The position numbers were made by a program, and so were the translations under genes. From positions 4,025-68,024 of the forward strand of contig CAKNKX010000004.1 of NCBI GenBank assembly GCA_930987745.1: a DNA stretch of 64,000 nucleotides, given 5' to 3'. Origin of the DNA: an uncultured Clostridium sp. GTDB taxonomy: Bacteria; Bacillota; Clostridia; TANB77; CAG-508. The notes below the pieces were generated by a model that saw nothing but the letters and a program-made list of their open reading frames with translations, searched no databases and was not told where the DNA came from. How positions within the stretch are numbered: position 1 is the first letter of the stretch; each line of letters opens with the position of its first letter. This document shows positions 1 to 10,508 of this stretch, one piece after another.

Positions 1-582
1 GAATTAAAAGGAAAAAGCTTAATAGAAGATCTAAACAATTATACAGTTGTAGATATTGAAACAACAGGTATGAGTTGGAATTTTTCTAAGATTTTAGAAA
101 TAAGTGCTCTAAAAGTTAGAAATAAAGAAATTACAGAAGAATTTTCTGAGCTAATTAATCCACATGAGCCTATTCCATATTTCATTAAAAACTTAACAGG
201 AATAACTGATGAAATGGTATGTGATGCTTTAGAATTAGATGAAGTCTTGTTAAAATTTAAAGACTTCCTAAGAGAAGATATAATAGTTGGTCATAATGTT
301 AATTTTGATGTGAATTTTTTATATGATAACTTTTTAAATGTATTAAACAATCCAATGCAAAATAATTTTGTTGATACATTAAGGATATCAAGAAAGCTAC
401 TTCCAGAATTAAAACATCATAAATTAGATAATTTAACACAATATTATAATATTAAAGCCCGCGATAAACATAGAGCATTAAATGATTGTGTTTTAACAAA
501 TAAGGTATATATTGATATGTGTAAAACAGTATATGAAAAATATGATAATTGGGATAGTTTTAAAAAAGAATTTAGAATATGA
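1..582 (+). CDS. 3'-5' exonuclease, DnaQ/PolC-like DEDDh domain (5' end outside window)
   Basis: Open frame from base 1 with VVDIETTG, GHNVNFD and HRALND motifs. Confidence 0.85.
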   Translation, partial: ELKGKSLIEDLNNYTVVDIETTGMSWNFSKILEISALKVRNKEITEEFSELINPHEPIPYFIKNLTGITDEMVCDALELDEVLLKFKDFLREDIIVGHNVNFDVNFLYDNFLNVLNNPMQNNFVDTLRISRKLLPELKHHKLDNLTQYYNIKARDKHRALNDCVLTNKVYIDMCKTVYEKYDNWDSFKKEFRI

Positions 583-620
583 CATAAATCGTATTTCAGA
601 GCAGAAGCGGAGGATATAAT

Positions 621-815
621 ATGGATAGATTAGAAAGATTTGAAAAAGCACTTCAAGATATTTTAAATGAATATGATAAATTAGGAAAAGAATTGGAAAA
701 ATTAAGAAATGAAGGTAAAACTAAAACAACAAAATTTAGAGAATTATTAGGAAAAAAACTAGTATATAGCATGATTATTACTATATTTAAAAGATATGAT
801 TTGCTAGATAAATAA
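621..815 (+). CDS. small hypothetical protein
   Basis: GGAGG RBS upstream; 64 aa ORF. Confidence 0.6.
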   Translation: MDRLERFEKALQDILNEYDKLGKELEKLRNEGKTKTTKFRELLGKKLVYSMIITIFKRYDLLDK

Positions 816-880
816 TATATTTAAGGAGAACTATAAAAATAAAGTTCTCCTATTTTTTATATAAATTTTATAAAAAGATA

Positions 881-921
881 TTGACAACTGTATATAAACT
901 ATATATACTGTATATATACAG
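881..921 (+). promoter_or_regulatory. sigma-A -35 overlapping a palindromic YtrA/GntR-type operator
   Basis: TTGACA at 881-886 followed by TGTATATA...TATATACA inverted repeats upstream of the GntR gene. Confidence 0.55.
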
Positions 922-942
922 TCAAAGAAAAGAGGAATGTTT

Positions 943-1317
943 ATGGATATAATAATAAGTAATTCAAGTAATGTCCCCTTATATGAACAAGTAAAAGAAC
1001 AAATAAAAAACAAAATAGTTTCTAATGAATTAAAAGCAGGAGAGGTTTTACCATCAATAAGAAATTTAGCAAAAGATTTAAGAATAAGTGTAATTACTAC
1101 AAAAAGTGCTTATGAAGAACTAGAAAAAGAAGGTTATGTAGAAACCATACCTGGAAAAGGAACTTATGTAGCAAATAAAAATACAGAGCTTATAAAAGAG
1201 GAGCAATTACAGAAAATAGAAGGTCTAATAGATACAGCAGTATCTATAGCTAAAATAAGTGGAATATCTAAAGAAGATATAAAAGAAATGCTAGATATTT
1301 TATATGAGGAGGAATAA
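943..1317 (+). CDS. GntR family (YtrA-like) transcriptional regulator
   Basis: PLYEQ...LPSIRNLA...AYEELE...GKGTYV winged-HTH signature; precedes ABC genes. Confidence 0.9.
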   Translation: MDIIISNSSNVPLYEQVKEQIKNKIVSNELKAGEVLPSIRNLAKDLRISVITTKSAYEELEKEGYVETIPGKGTYVANKNTELIKEEQLQKIEGLIDTAVSIAKISGISKEDIKEMLDILYEEE

Positions 1318-1322
1318 AGAAG

Positions 1323-2187
1323 ATGGAAAATATTCTAGAAGTTAAAAATTTATCAAAATCCTATGGTGAGTTTAGATTAAAAAATATAAATTTAAAACTA
1401 CCAAAAGGTATGATTATGGGATTGATTGGAGAAAATGGAGCTCGGCAAAACTACAACATTAAAATCTATTTTAAATTTAATAACTCCAGATAAAGGAGAA
1501 ATAAAAATATTTGGATTAGATATAAAACAAAATGAAAAGAAAATAAAAGAAGATATAGGTGTAGTTTTGGATGACAGCTTTTTTTCAGAATATTTAAATC
1601 CAACTGATATAAATAAAATAATGAAAAATATTTATAAAAAATGGGATGAGAAACTATATTTTAAATATATAGAAGATTTTAAATTACCTAAAAATAAAAT
1701 GTCAAAAGAATTTTCTAGTGGTATGAAAATGAAATTAAAAATAGCAGTAGCCTTGTCTCATAATCCAAAACTTCTAATATTAGATGAACCAACATCAGGA
1801 TTAGACCCAGTTGCAAGAAGTGAAATATTAGATATTTTTCAAGAATTTATTCAAAATGGAGAAAATTCAATATTAGTATCTAGTCATATAACATCAGATT
1901 TAGAACATATTGCTGATTATATTACTTTTATAAATGATGGAGAAATCGTATTATCAAAAACTAGAGATGAGTTATTAGATAAATATGGTATAGTAAAATG
2001 TTCTAAAGAAGAATTTAAGAAAATAGATAAAAAAGATTATCTAAAATTCAAAGTAAATAGATATGAATATGATGTTTTGGTAGAAGATAGAGCCGAATTT
2101 AATAGAAAATATGATTTCAAAATAATTGATAAACCAACACTTGACGATATAATGCTAATTTATATAAAGGGGGAAAAAATAAGATGA
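1323..2187 (+). CDS. ABC transporter ATP-binding protein; needs +1 skip at CGG 1443-1445
   Basis: ATG 1323 with RBS; MENILEV...GENGA then (C)GGC AAA ACT gives Walker A GENGAGKTT; LILDEPT Walker B downstream. Confidence 0.9.
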
Positions 2188-2859
2188 ATGTTATAAATGG
2201 TTTAATTACAAAGGATTTATTACAATTAAAAAGCTATAGAAGAACTCTAATTATATATACTTTAATATTTGTTTTAACAGGTATAGCACAAGAAACAACA
2301 AAAGGTGTTAGTGTTATGGTAGCAGTAATGCTTACATTAGGATTTGGAATGTTTGGTATGGCAACATTTAACTATGACGAACAAGCTAAAACAGATAGAT
2401 ACCTTTTGACATTCCCACTTACAAAAAAAGAGATATTATTATCAAAATATATATTAGTAATTTTATCAACAGTAATAGGTGCAATAGTTCGGAATAATAG
2501 CAAGTTATATAATAGTATTTTTTATAGATAAACAATTTCCAAACATTTATGATTATATAAATATTGCATTAGCTGGTATATTTGGAGTAGGTGTTATTGA
2601 AGCAATACAAATACCTTGTGTATATAAATGGGGAGCAGAAAAAGGTAGAATCCAAATGTTTGTGGTAGCTGCAGTTATTATATTGCTATTTGGAGGACTA
2701 TTTCTTGTGATACAAAACAATAACATAAATTTACCAATTAATAATATATTAAATATAATAAACAATTTTTTACCTATAATATTAATAATTGCAACAATAG
2801 CTATTTACCTTATATCATATAATGTTTCATATAGGATATATAAGAATAAAGAAGAATAA
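2184..2859 (+). CDS. ABC-2 type transporter permease; needs +1 skip at CGG 2490-2492
   Basis: ORF 2184-2531 joins the frame of 2656-2859 via GTT (C)GGA ATA, giving a continuous multi-TM protein. Confidence 0.85.
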
Positions 2860-3108
2860 ATATAAAAATAAAATAATAAGTCAAATAAGATATTTAAATA
2901 AATTCATTTGGCTTATTATTTTTTATATACATTTTAAATTTTAGATAGTATAATTGTACTGCAAAATAGTAATTTGTCTTAAAGGTTAAAAATATATCTA
3001 TAAATTTAATGAAATTTATAGACAAGATTAAAATAATATTGTAAAATGATTAACATAGGAAATGAGAAAAAGCAGATGTGGTTTGCCTCCTACAAGGAGG
3101 TGAGGCGT

Positions 3109-3231
3109 ATGGTAGGAATACAAGCACTAATTGCAACAACATACATATTATATTTTTCATTAATAGGAGTAACTATCATTACGTTTGCCTTAATTATTGC
3201 ATTAGTAGTAATTATTAGCAAACAAAAATAA
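3109..3231 (+). CDS. 40-aa hydrophobic peptide, probable type I toxin
   Basis: AGGAGG SD sequestered in hairpin GCCTCCT-ACA-AGGAGGT; TM peptide ending KQK; convergent promoter downstream. Confidence 0.6.
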   Translation: MVGIQALIATTYILYFSLIGVTIITFALIIALVVIISKQK

Positions 3232-3322
3232 CCAACAAAAAAACACATCTGTCTTGACCGGGAGATGTATTTTTAACATATAACCAGGCAAACCACTTGG
3301 GGTTTCTCTATTTGCTATATTT

Positions 3323-3352
3323 ATTATAATCTATTTATAAGTAGAAAGTCAA
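3323..3352 (-). promoter_or_regulatory. convergent sigma-A promoter, probable antisense RNA
   Basis: Minus strand TTGACT-18 nt-TATAAT pointing back into the peptide gene's 3' UTR. Confidence 0.5.
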
Positions 3353-3439
3353 GAAATATGATAAAGTTTTATAAAAAGTCATAAAAATATAGTAGTAATC
3401 ATCCCTACAACTTACAATTTATAAAGGAGGAAAAGTATA

Positions 3440-3628
3440 ATGAATAAAAAGTTAAATATAATTATAGACAATTGTCCACAAAATCATAAATGTCCTGCTG
3501 TAAAAATTTGCCCAGTTGGAGCATTATCACAAAAAGATTTTGAAGCGCCAACAATTGACTATGATAAATGCATAAGCTGTGGCAAATGTTCAAATTTTTG
3601 CCCTAAAAAAGCATTGGTGTTACAATAA
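3440..3628 (+). CDS. small 4Fe-4S ferredoxin-like protein
   Basis: CPQNHKC...CPVGA and CISCGKCSNFCP motifs; RBS. Confidence 0.85.
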   Translation: MNKKLNIIIDNCPQNHKCPAVKICPVGALSQKDFEAPTIDYDKCISCGKCSNFCPKKALVLQ

Positions 3629-3641
3629 GTTATATAAAGTA

Positions 3642-3748
3642 AACAAAAATAAAAACTCTTTTCATATTATATGATAATGAAAGGAGTTTTTATTTATGGA
3701 TTATGAATTAATGATGAATGGAAACGTAAAAATAGGAGAAAGAGCACC
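3642..3748 (+). repeat. 107-bp direct repeat of the peroxiredoxin promoter/5' end (second copy 5381-5487)
   Basis: Identical apart from one GAT/GAC difference; offset 1739. Confidence 0.9.
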
Positions 3749-3926
3749 CTGCTAAAAGCCACGCTTTTAGACAGTTATGGAGATACGAGACGTCTCCCTG
3801 ATTCTGCAAGAAGACGAAATTATTTAAATAAAAAATAAATTTTTATTTAAATATAGGTTTTTTATAAAAATTATGTTATAATATTATCATAATTAAGTAA
3901 AAAATCGGTATAAGGAGGAGATTAAA

Positions 3927-4325
3927 ATTAGTGATTTTGATAGAGTAGAATATTGGAAAGAACTAGCAGAATATGATTTAGATACAGCAAAAGCTATGTT
4001 AAAAAGTAAAAGATATTTATATGTTGGTTTTATGTGTAATCAAGTAATTGAAAAAATGTTTAAGGCATATTTTGTAAAAGTAAAAAAAGAACAACCTCCA
4101 TATACACATAAATTAATAAGATTGGCAGAAGAAAGTAATCTATATAAATTAATGAGTGAAAAACAAAAAGATTTTTTGGATGTTATTTCACCACTTAATA
4201 TTGAAGCAAGATATCCAACTCAACAATAAGAGATATTTGAATCTTTGAATAAAGATAAATGTAAAGATATTATTAAGGAAACGGAGGAACTAGTAAAATG
4301 GATAAGGAAAAAGTTAGAAGATTAG
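3927..4325 (+). pseudogene. HEPN domain protein with ATT in place of a start codon and an internal TAA (4227-4229)
   Basis: YWKELAEYDLDTAKAML...QVIEKMFKA...PPYTHKL...EARYP; frame continues past TAA to TAG 4325, overlapping the MNT gene. Confidence 0.7.
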
Positions 4326-4612
4326 TTGAAGAATATGCAAAGTTAGTAGTTTCAAATATGGTTGTAAATAAAATTATTTTATATGGTTCTTATGCAAGAG
4401 GGGATTTTAGAAAAGATAGTGATATAGATGTAGCAGTTGTAGTGCCAAGAAGTAGTATTTCAGATGATATACTAAAAGATATGGCTAAACTTTTTAAATT
4501 AAGAAGATCTATTTCAAATGATATTGAGCCAGTATTACTAATTGATGAAGATGACCCAAGTGGATTTTTAGAAAGTATTTCACAATATGGCGAAGTTGTA
4601 TATGCTAGATAG
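4298..4612 (+). CDS. minimal nucleotidyltransferase (MNT), partner of HEPN
   Basis: LYGSYARGD...SDIDVAV motif. Confidence 0.85.
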   Translation: MDKEKVRRLVEEYAKLVVSNMVVNKIILYGSYARGDFRKDSDIDVAVVVPRSSISDDILKDMAKLFKLRRSISNDIEPVLLIDEDDPSGFLESISQYGEVVYAR

Positions 4613-4747
4613 AAAATAATATTGATATGCAAATATTAAATCAATACATAGAAAACAATACAACTAATAAGGGAATTTTACTTAGAAGAAGGTACTATGG
4701 AATAATTGCTAATAAATAAAATATAAATTACGAAATGAGGGATAACA

Positions 4748-5275
4748 TTGTCAACATTTTATTTAATTAGACATGGTAAGCCAGATTATACGTATGGGGA
4801 TACTCATGGCTTTATTGGTCAGGGGCATGATTTAGCACCTTTACAAAAAGATAAAATAAAAGATGTTATAAAAACATCAAAAGACATTAGATTAAAAAAT
4901 GCGCAAATTATTGTGTCTTCGCCATATACAAGGGCATTGCAAACAGCTAGTATAATATCTAAGGAAACAGGACTGGATATTGTGGTTGAGCCAGATATAA
5001 GAGAATGGCAACCAGACCTTACATATCAATACAAAAATAGTGAAGAGATGCAGGAATATTATAATGATTATATTAAAAATGATGGAATGTATCCAATTAA
5101 CGAGAAAAGAAAATGGGAGACAAAAGAACAATTAAGAAATAGAGTTATGTCTGTTATAAATAAATACAAGGATAATTATGATAAAGTGATTGTCGTTGCC
5201 CATAAAATGGCTTTTCAAATTATTTGTGATTGTGGAGATATGCAACCAGCAGAAATTTTTGAAACAACTTTTTAA
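4748..5275 (+). CDS. histidine phosphatase family protein
   Basis: LIRHG, SSPYTRALQTA and VVAH motifs. Confidence 0.85.
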   Translation: MSTFYLIRHGKPDYTYGDTHGFIGQGHDLAPLQKDKIKDVIKTSKDIRLKNAQIIVSSPYTRALQTASIISKETGLDIVVEPDIREWQPDLTYQYKNSEEMQEYYNDYIKNDGMYPINEKRKWETKEQLRNRVMSVINKYKDNYDKVIVVAHKMAFQIICDCGDMQPAEIFETTF

Positions 5276-5434
5276 ATAAAACTAAATTTCTTATATGCTT
5301 ATTGCAAAAATTAAGAAACTTATAAAATATTTAATATTCCAAAACTCTAAATTAAACGGAGAAACTAAAATGTAAATAGTAACAAAAATAAAAACTCTTT
5401 TCATATTATATGATAATGAAAGGAGTTTTTATTT

Positions 5435-6176
5435 ATGGACTATGAATTAATGATGAATGGAAACGTAAAAATAGGAGAAAGAGCACCTGAATTTGAAGCA
5501 GAAACCACAATGGGAATGGTAAACTTAAATGACTATAAAGGTAAATGGTTGGTATTTTTCTCTCATCCAGGCGACTTTACACCAGTTTGCACAACAGAGA
5601 TGATTGCTTTTACAAGAGCACATACATATTTTAAACAAATAAATACAGAACTATTAGGATTAAGTGTTGACAGTAATAGTTCACATTTAGCATGGGTGTA
5701 TGACATATATTGCAAAACAGGAATAACTGTATCTTTTCCAATAATAGCTGATAGAAATGCAAAGATTGCAAGAAAATATGGAATGATATCAAGTGAAGTA
5801 AGTACAACAGAAGCGGTAAGAAATGTATATATTATTGATGATAAAGGAATAATAAGAACAATATTTGTATATCCAATGAATGTCCGGAAGATTTATACCA
5901 GAAATACTAAGAACTGTTCAAGCTCTGCAAATTGCAGATTGTACAAAAAATTCTACAGCTGCAAACTGGATTCCATATCAGCCAGTAATACTTCCTATCC
6001 CTAAAACATTTGAAGAACTACAAGAAAGAAATAGAGAGATTGAAGAAAACGGAAATGGAATCAATTGGTATTTAAGTTTTAGAAATATTCCTGAAAATTG
6101 TTTAAATGAAAATACTAATAAATGTAATAATAGAATAACAGAAACAGAAAAGAAAAATCAAATAAAAAACATTTAA
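5435..6176 (+). CDS. peroxiredoxin (AhpC/Prx6-like); needs +1 skip at CGG 5885-5887
   Basis: HPGDFTPVCTTE; YPMNV-(C)GGA-AGA restores YPxNVGR..EILR. Confidence 0.9.
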
Positions 6177-6249
6177 AATTTTGAAAATAAAGCATAAAAT
6201 ACTTGAAAATTGAAATACTAAATAAAGAAACTATATGGAGGGAATAAGT

Positions 6250-6417
6250 ATGGAAAAATCTCAAAAAATATATTGTGAAGTGGAAAGTTGTAAATTTAAT
6301 ACAGATGGAAAGGTGTGCAATTTAAAGGAAATTCAAGTAAAACCTATTTGGGAAGATGTAAATGTTGAGGAAGCAGACGAGTCAATGTGTGCAAGTTATG
6401 AAAAAGAGGAAAATTAA
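6250..6417 (+). CDS. small Cys-rich DUF1540-like protein
   Basis: IYCEVESCKFN...C...I.V...CASY pattern; sporulation-type GCATA...AATACTA promoter upstream. Confidence 0.65.
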   Translation: MEKSQKIYCEVESCKFNTDGKVCNLKEIQVKPIWEDVNVEEADESMCASYEKEEN

Positions 6418-6561
6418 AAATTCCTCTTTTTTTCTTGACATAAGAAGAAAATAGAAATAAAATAGCAGTAGAAAAAATTAAGAGGGAAGGAGTGTTCCCA
6501 AATCCTCCAAAAGAGGGAAAAAAGGACCGTCCCCTAATCCCGATAAGAAAGGAATGATATT

Positions 6562-7491
6562 ATGTTAGTTACAACAAAGGATATGTTTGAAAAATCAATG
6601 AAAGAAGGATTTGCAATAGGAGCATTTAATGTAAACAATATGGAAATAATACAAGGAATTATGGATGCAGCTGCTGAAGCTAAATCTCCAGTTATATTAC
6701 AAGCATCTTCTAGTGCAATTAAATATGCAAGAATAGGTTATTTAATGAAAATGATTGAAGCAGCAGTGGCAGAGCATCCAGAAGTACCAGTAGCTATCCA
6801 CTTAGACCATGGACCAGATTTTGAAACAGCTAAAATGTGTATTGATAATGGATTTACATCTGTTATGATAGATGGTTCAAAATATGACTTTGAAGAAAAT
6901 GTAAGACTTACAAAACAAGTTGTAGATTATGCACATTCAAAAGGAGTTGTAGTAGAAGCTGAACTTGGAAAATTAGCTGGAATAGAAGATGAAGTAAATG
7001 TAGATGCAAAAGATGCTATGTACACAGACCCAGCAGAGGCAGAAGAATTTGTAAAAAGAACAGGATGTGACTCTCTAGCAATAGCAATAGGTACAAGCCA
7101 TGGTGCATATAAATTTAAAGGAGAAGCAAAATTAAGATTTGATATCTTAAAAGAAATAAAGGAAAGAATACCAAATACTCCAATAGTATTACATGGAGCT
7201 TCTACAGTAATTCCAGAATTAGTAGATATGTGTAATAAATATGGAGGAAATATTCCAGGGGCAAAAGGTGTGCCAGATGAAATGTTAAATGAAGCAAGTA
7301 AATCAGGAGTGTCAAAAATAAATGTTGATACAGATTTAAGATTAGCAATGACAGCAGCAATTAGAAAAACATTTGCAGAAGACCCAAGTGCTTTTGACCC
7401 AAGAAAATATTTAACACCAGCAAGAGATTTAATTAAAGAAACAGTAAAACATAAAATTGTAGATGTATTTGGTTCAAGTAATAAAATATAA
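6562..7491 (+). CDS. fba: class II fructose-1,6-bisphosphate aldolase
   Basis: HLDHG, VEAELG, AIGTSHGAYK, VLHGAS and KINVDTD motifs. Confidence 0.95.
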   Translation: MLVTTKDMFEKSMKEGFAIGAFNVNNMEIIQGIMDAAAEAKSPVILQASSSAIKYARIGYLMKMIEAAVAEHPEVPVAIHLDHGPDFETAKMCIDNGFTSVMIDGSKYDFEENVRLTKQVVDYAHSKGVVVEAELGKLAGIEDEVNVDAKDAMYTDPAEAEEFVKRTGCDSLAIAIGTSHGAYKFKGEAKLRFDILKEIKERIPNTPIVLHGASTVIPELVDMCNKYGGNIPGAKGVPDEMLNEASKSGVSKINVDTDLRLAMTAAIRKTFAEDPSAFDPRKYLTPARDLIKETVKHKIVDVFGSSNKI

Positions 7492-7612
7492 TAGAAACAG
7501 GGATTAAGGGATGTTCCTTAAATCCCTCTTTTTCTATAAATTCCATTACTATTTACAATGACTATATTAAATAGGAAAATAAAGAGTATTTTAAATTGTC
7601 TTTATATGGGGG

Positions 7613-9877
7613 ATGAATATGAAAAAAATAAGAATTATATTAATATTTTTTGCAGTTATTTTAACATTTTTCCTAACAGATAAAGTTTTTGCATCAGAAG
7701 AAGAAACAAGACTTTTATATCAAGATATAACAATAAATCAAGATGGTTCAATTACAGTAAAAGAAGCTGCATGGCTTAATGGAGAATATAATGGAAGATT
7801 AAGAGATATAGAATATAAAAACATTTATTCAACTACTTTTACAGGAATATATAGCAATTTTGCAGGTAATACAGATATATATGATGGAAGTGATATAAAA
7901 GACATAAAAGTATATGATATATCTCAAGAAAATTTTAATTCAATTGATGATATTAATAAGGTAGAAACTACATATAAAGAAGTAAGAAGTGCATCTAATG
8001 GAGATTATGGAGTATATGAATTAACTGATAATCGGCTATGGTGCTGATTTTAAAATTTATTGCAAAGATAGTGAAAATAAAGTTTTGTGTATAGAATATA
8101 CAATAACAGATGTAGTAGTTTTACATAATGATGTAGCAGAAATGTATTGGAATGTTTTAGGAGAAGAGTTTGAAGAAACAATAACTAATTTTCAAGTAAA
8201 AATCCATTTACCAGGTGAAGATAGTGATGTTAGAATTTGGACTCACGGCCCTTTAACAGGTGAAAATAAAATTATTGATTCTAAAACACTATTTTTCCAA
8301 GACAAAAATGTAGATAATTATACAGCTGAGACTGTAAGAATTATGTTTAATAAAAATCTTGTTCCAACAGCTACTAAAAAATCTAATGTAGATGGAAGAG
8401 AAAATATTTTAAAATATGAAACTATGATGGCAGATACTGCAAATAGAGAAAGAGAAAATGCAAAACTAGAATTGGAAAATGAAGCAAGTCAAGCAGTTCT
8501 AGACCTAGAAGAAGACCCAAGGATGTATATGTATAACAGAGCGTTAGAATTAGTAAATGAATTAGATGAAACAAGTGAAAGTAAGCAAGATTTTTTAAAT
8601 AGAATTGAAAAAACTAAAGATTTAGTAAATGAGGATTGGAAACAAGATTTAAAATATGAATTAGAAAGTTTAACAGACTATAATTATTCACTTTTAAATA
8701 GAGATAGTTTAGATGATTTTATAGAAGAGATTAATGAAGGTTTTGATGAAGAGACAAAACAAAAATATTTAGATGTTTGTAAAGACCTAGAAGGAATACT
8801 TGAAATAAAACATGCAAACTTAAGAAGAGGTTTTACAATTTTTGTTATAGTTTGTTATGTAATTTTAGCAATATTTGCTATATATAAATTAATAAAAATA
8901 ATAAAAGAAAGAAATAAATTTAAAGGCAAATATTATAGAGACTTTCCAAGCGAAGATAATCCAAATGTTTTGGAATATTTAATGAAAAGGAAAAGTACGA
9001 ACCTAGGATTTTCAGCAACAATATTAAATTTAATTGCCAAAAAAGTAATAACTTATGAGAAAAAGGCAGATGAAAAAGATATCACATTAGTTCTTTCAAA
9101 GGATGGGTATGTAGGAACTAAAGCAGAGATTATAGTATTAGAAACACTATTTAAATTAGTTCGGAAGAGACAATAAATGTGATATAAATGCTTTAAAAAA
9201 TTATGGGAAAACTACTACAAAAGCAAAAGCATTAATTGGTAAAATTGATAGATTTAAAAAAGAAACAAAAAAAGAGGTAGAATTAAAAGAATATTTCAAA
9301 GGAAATGCGTCATCTATTGTATATAACATTTTTGTAAATATAAACTATATTTTAAGTTTATGTTTAGCATTTGGAGTATTTTATGAATTGGAAAATTGTG
9401 GAATGCAGGTTTTAGTATATATTGCATTAATTACAATAATAAGTGTTGCATATTTCATAATAGGAATTAAAGATAAAAATAGAACTATAAAAGGGCAAGA
9501 AGAGTTTGCAAAATGGCTAGCTCATAAAAGATTTTTAAAAGACTTTAGTAGATTTGATAAAAAAGAATTACCAGAAATAACATTATGGGAAAAATACTTA
9601 GTCACAGCAACAGTTTTGGGATGTGCTGACAAAGTAGAAAAACAAATGAAAATGTATATAACAGATACAAGTGATATAGATACAAATTTATTAATATATC
9701 AAAGTGTAAGCTTAAATCTAACAAAAGAACTAAATAGAAGTGTAAGTAGAGCAATAAGCACAAGTTCGGCAAGTATTAGTTCATCCTCATATAGCTCAGG
9801 TGGAGGCTTTGGAGGAGGCTCATCTGGTGGAGGTGGACGGTCGGAGGCCGGTGGACGGCGGAGGAGGTCGTTTTTAG
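7613..9877 (+). CDS. DUF2207 family membrane protein; needs +1 skips at 8033, 9162, 9838, 9842, 9849 and 9856
   Basis: Three ORF pieces join at in-frame CGG; W..HGPL, LWEKYLVTATVLG; tail becomes poly-Gly-RF-stop. Confidence 0.85.
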
Positions 9878-9884
9878 AAAGTGA

Positions 9885-9950
9885 GAATTAGGGAACGGAG
9901 CTAAAAATCTCTAAAAGAATGGATTTTTAGCTCCGTCCTTTAATTCCCTG
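9885..9950. repeat. REP-like palindromic element, also a bidirectional terminator between convergent genes
   Basis: ACGGAGCTAAAAATC ... GATTTTTAGCTCCGT inverted arms; relatives near 6482, 7498, 21070, 37526 and 38528. Confidence 0.65.
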
Positions 9951-10383
9951 CTGTATCTTCCTTTCAGCATCTTTTTTTGCTATATCTTGTCGTTTATCAT
10001 ACAATTTTTTACCTTTACCAATTCCGAAGTTCTAATTTTACAAATGAACCTTTAAAATATAATGAAATAGGTACTAAACTATATCCTTTTTGTTTTGTTA
10101 ATCCAAATAATTTATTAATTTCTTTTTTATTTAATAATAATTTCCTATCTCTTAATGGGTCTTTATTAAAAATATTTCCATGTTCATATGGACTAATATG
10201 CATACCGCAAATAAATACTTCACCATTTTTTATATAAGCATAAGAATCTTTTAAATTTACTTTATGATTTCTAATAGATTTTATTTCAGTTCCAGTAAGA
10301 ACTATTCCCGCTTCTAATTTATCTTCAATAGTATAATTATGATAAGCTGTAGGATTTTTTGCAATTAAAATTGTATTACTCAT
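9911..10383 (-). CDS. smpB: SsrA-binding protein SmpB; needs +1 skip at CGG 10026-10024 (ends at 9927 or 9911 depending on a second CGG at 9935)
   Basis: [22 protein letters not shown]; KLEL-(C)[14 protein letters not shown] restores the conserved C-terminal tail. Confidence 0.93.
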
Positions 10384-10508
10384 TATTTTTTTACTCCTCT
10401 TAATATAAATAAATGACTATTTTACATTCTTAATTTTCTAAATTATACCATATATATTTGCAAAATAAAAGATATTGAATTTGTTTTCAATATCTTTTAA
10501 AATCTGAT

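Noticed and set aside
4227-4229. Stop-codon readthrough or reassignment in the HEPN gene
   Set aside because: Single instance; TAA terminates most genes in the window normally.
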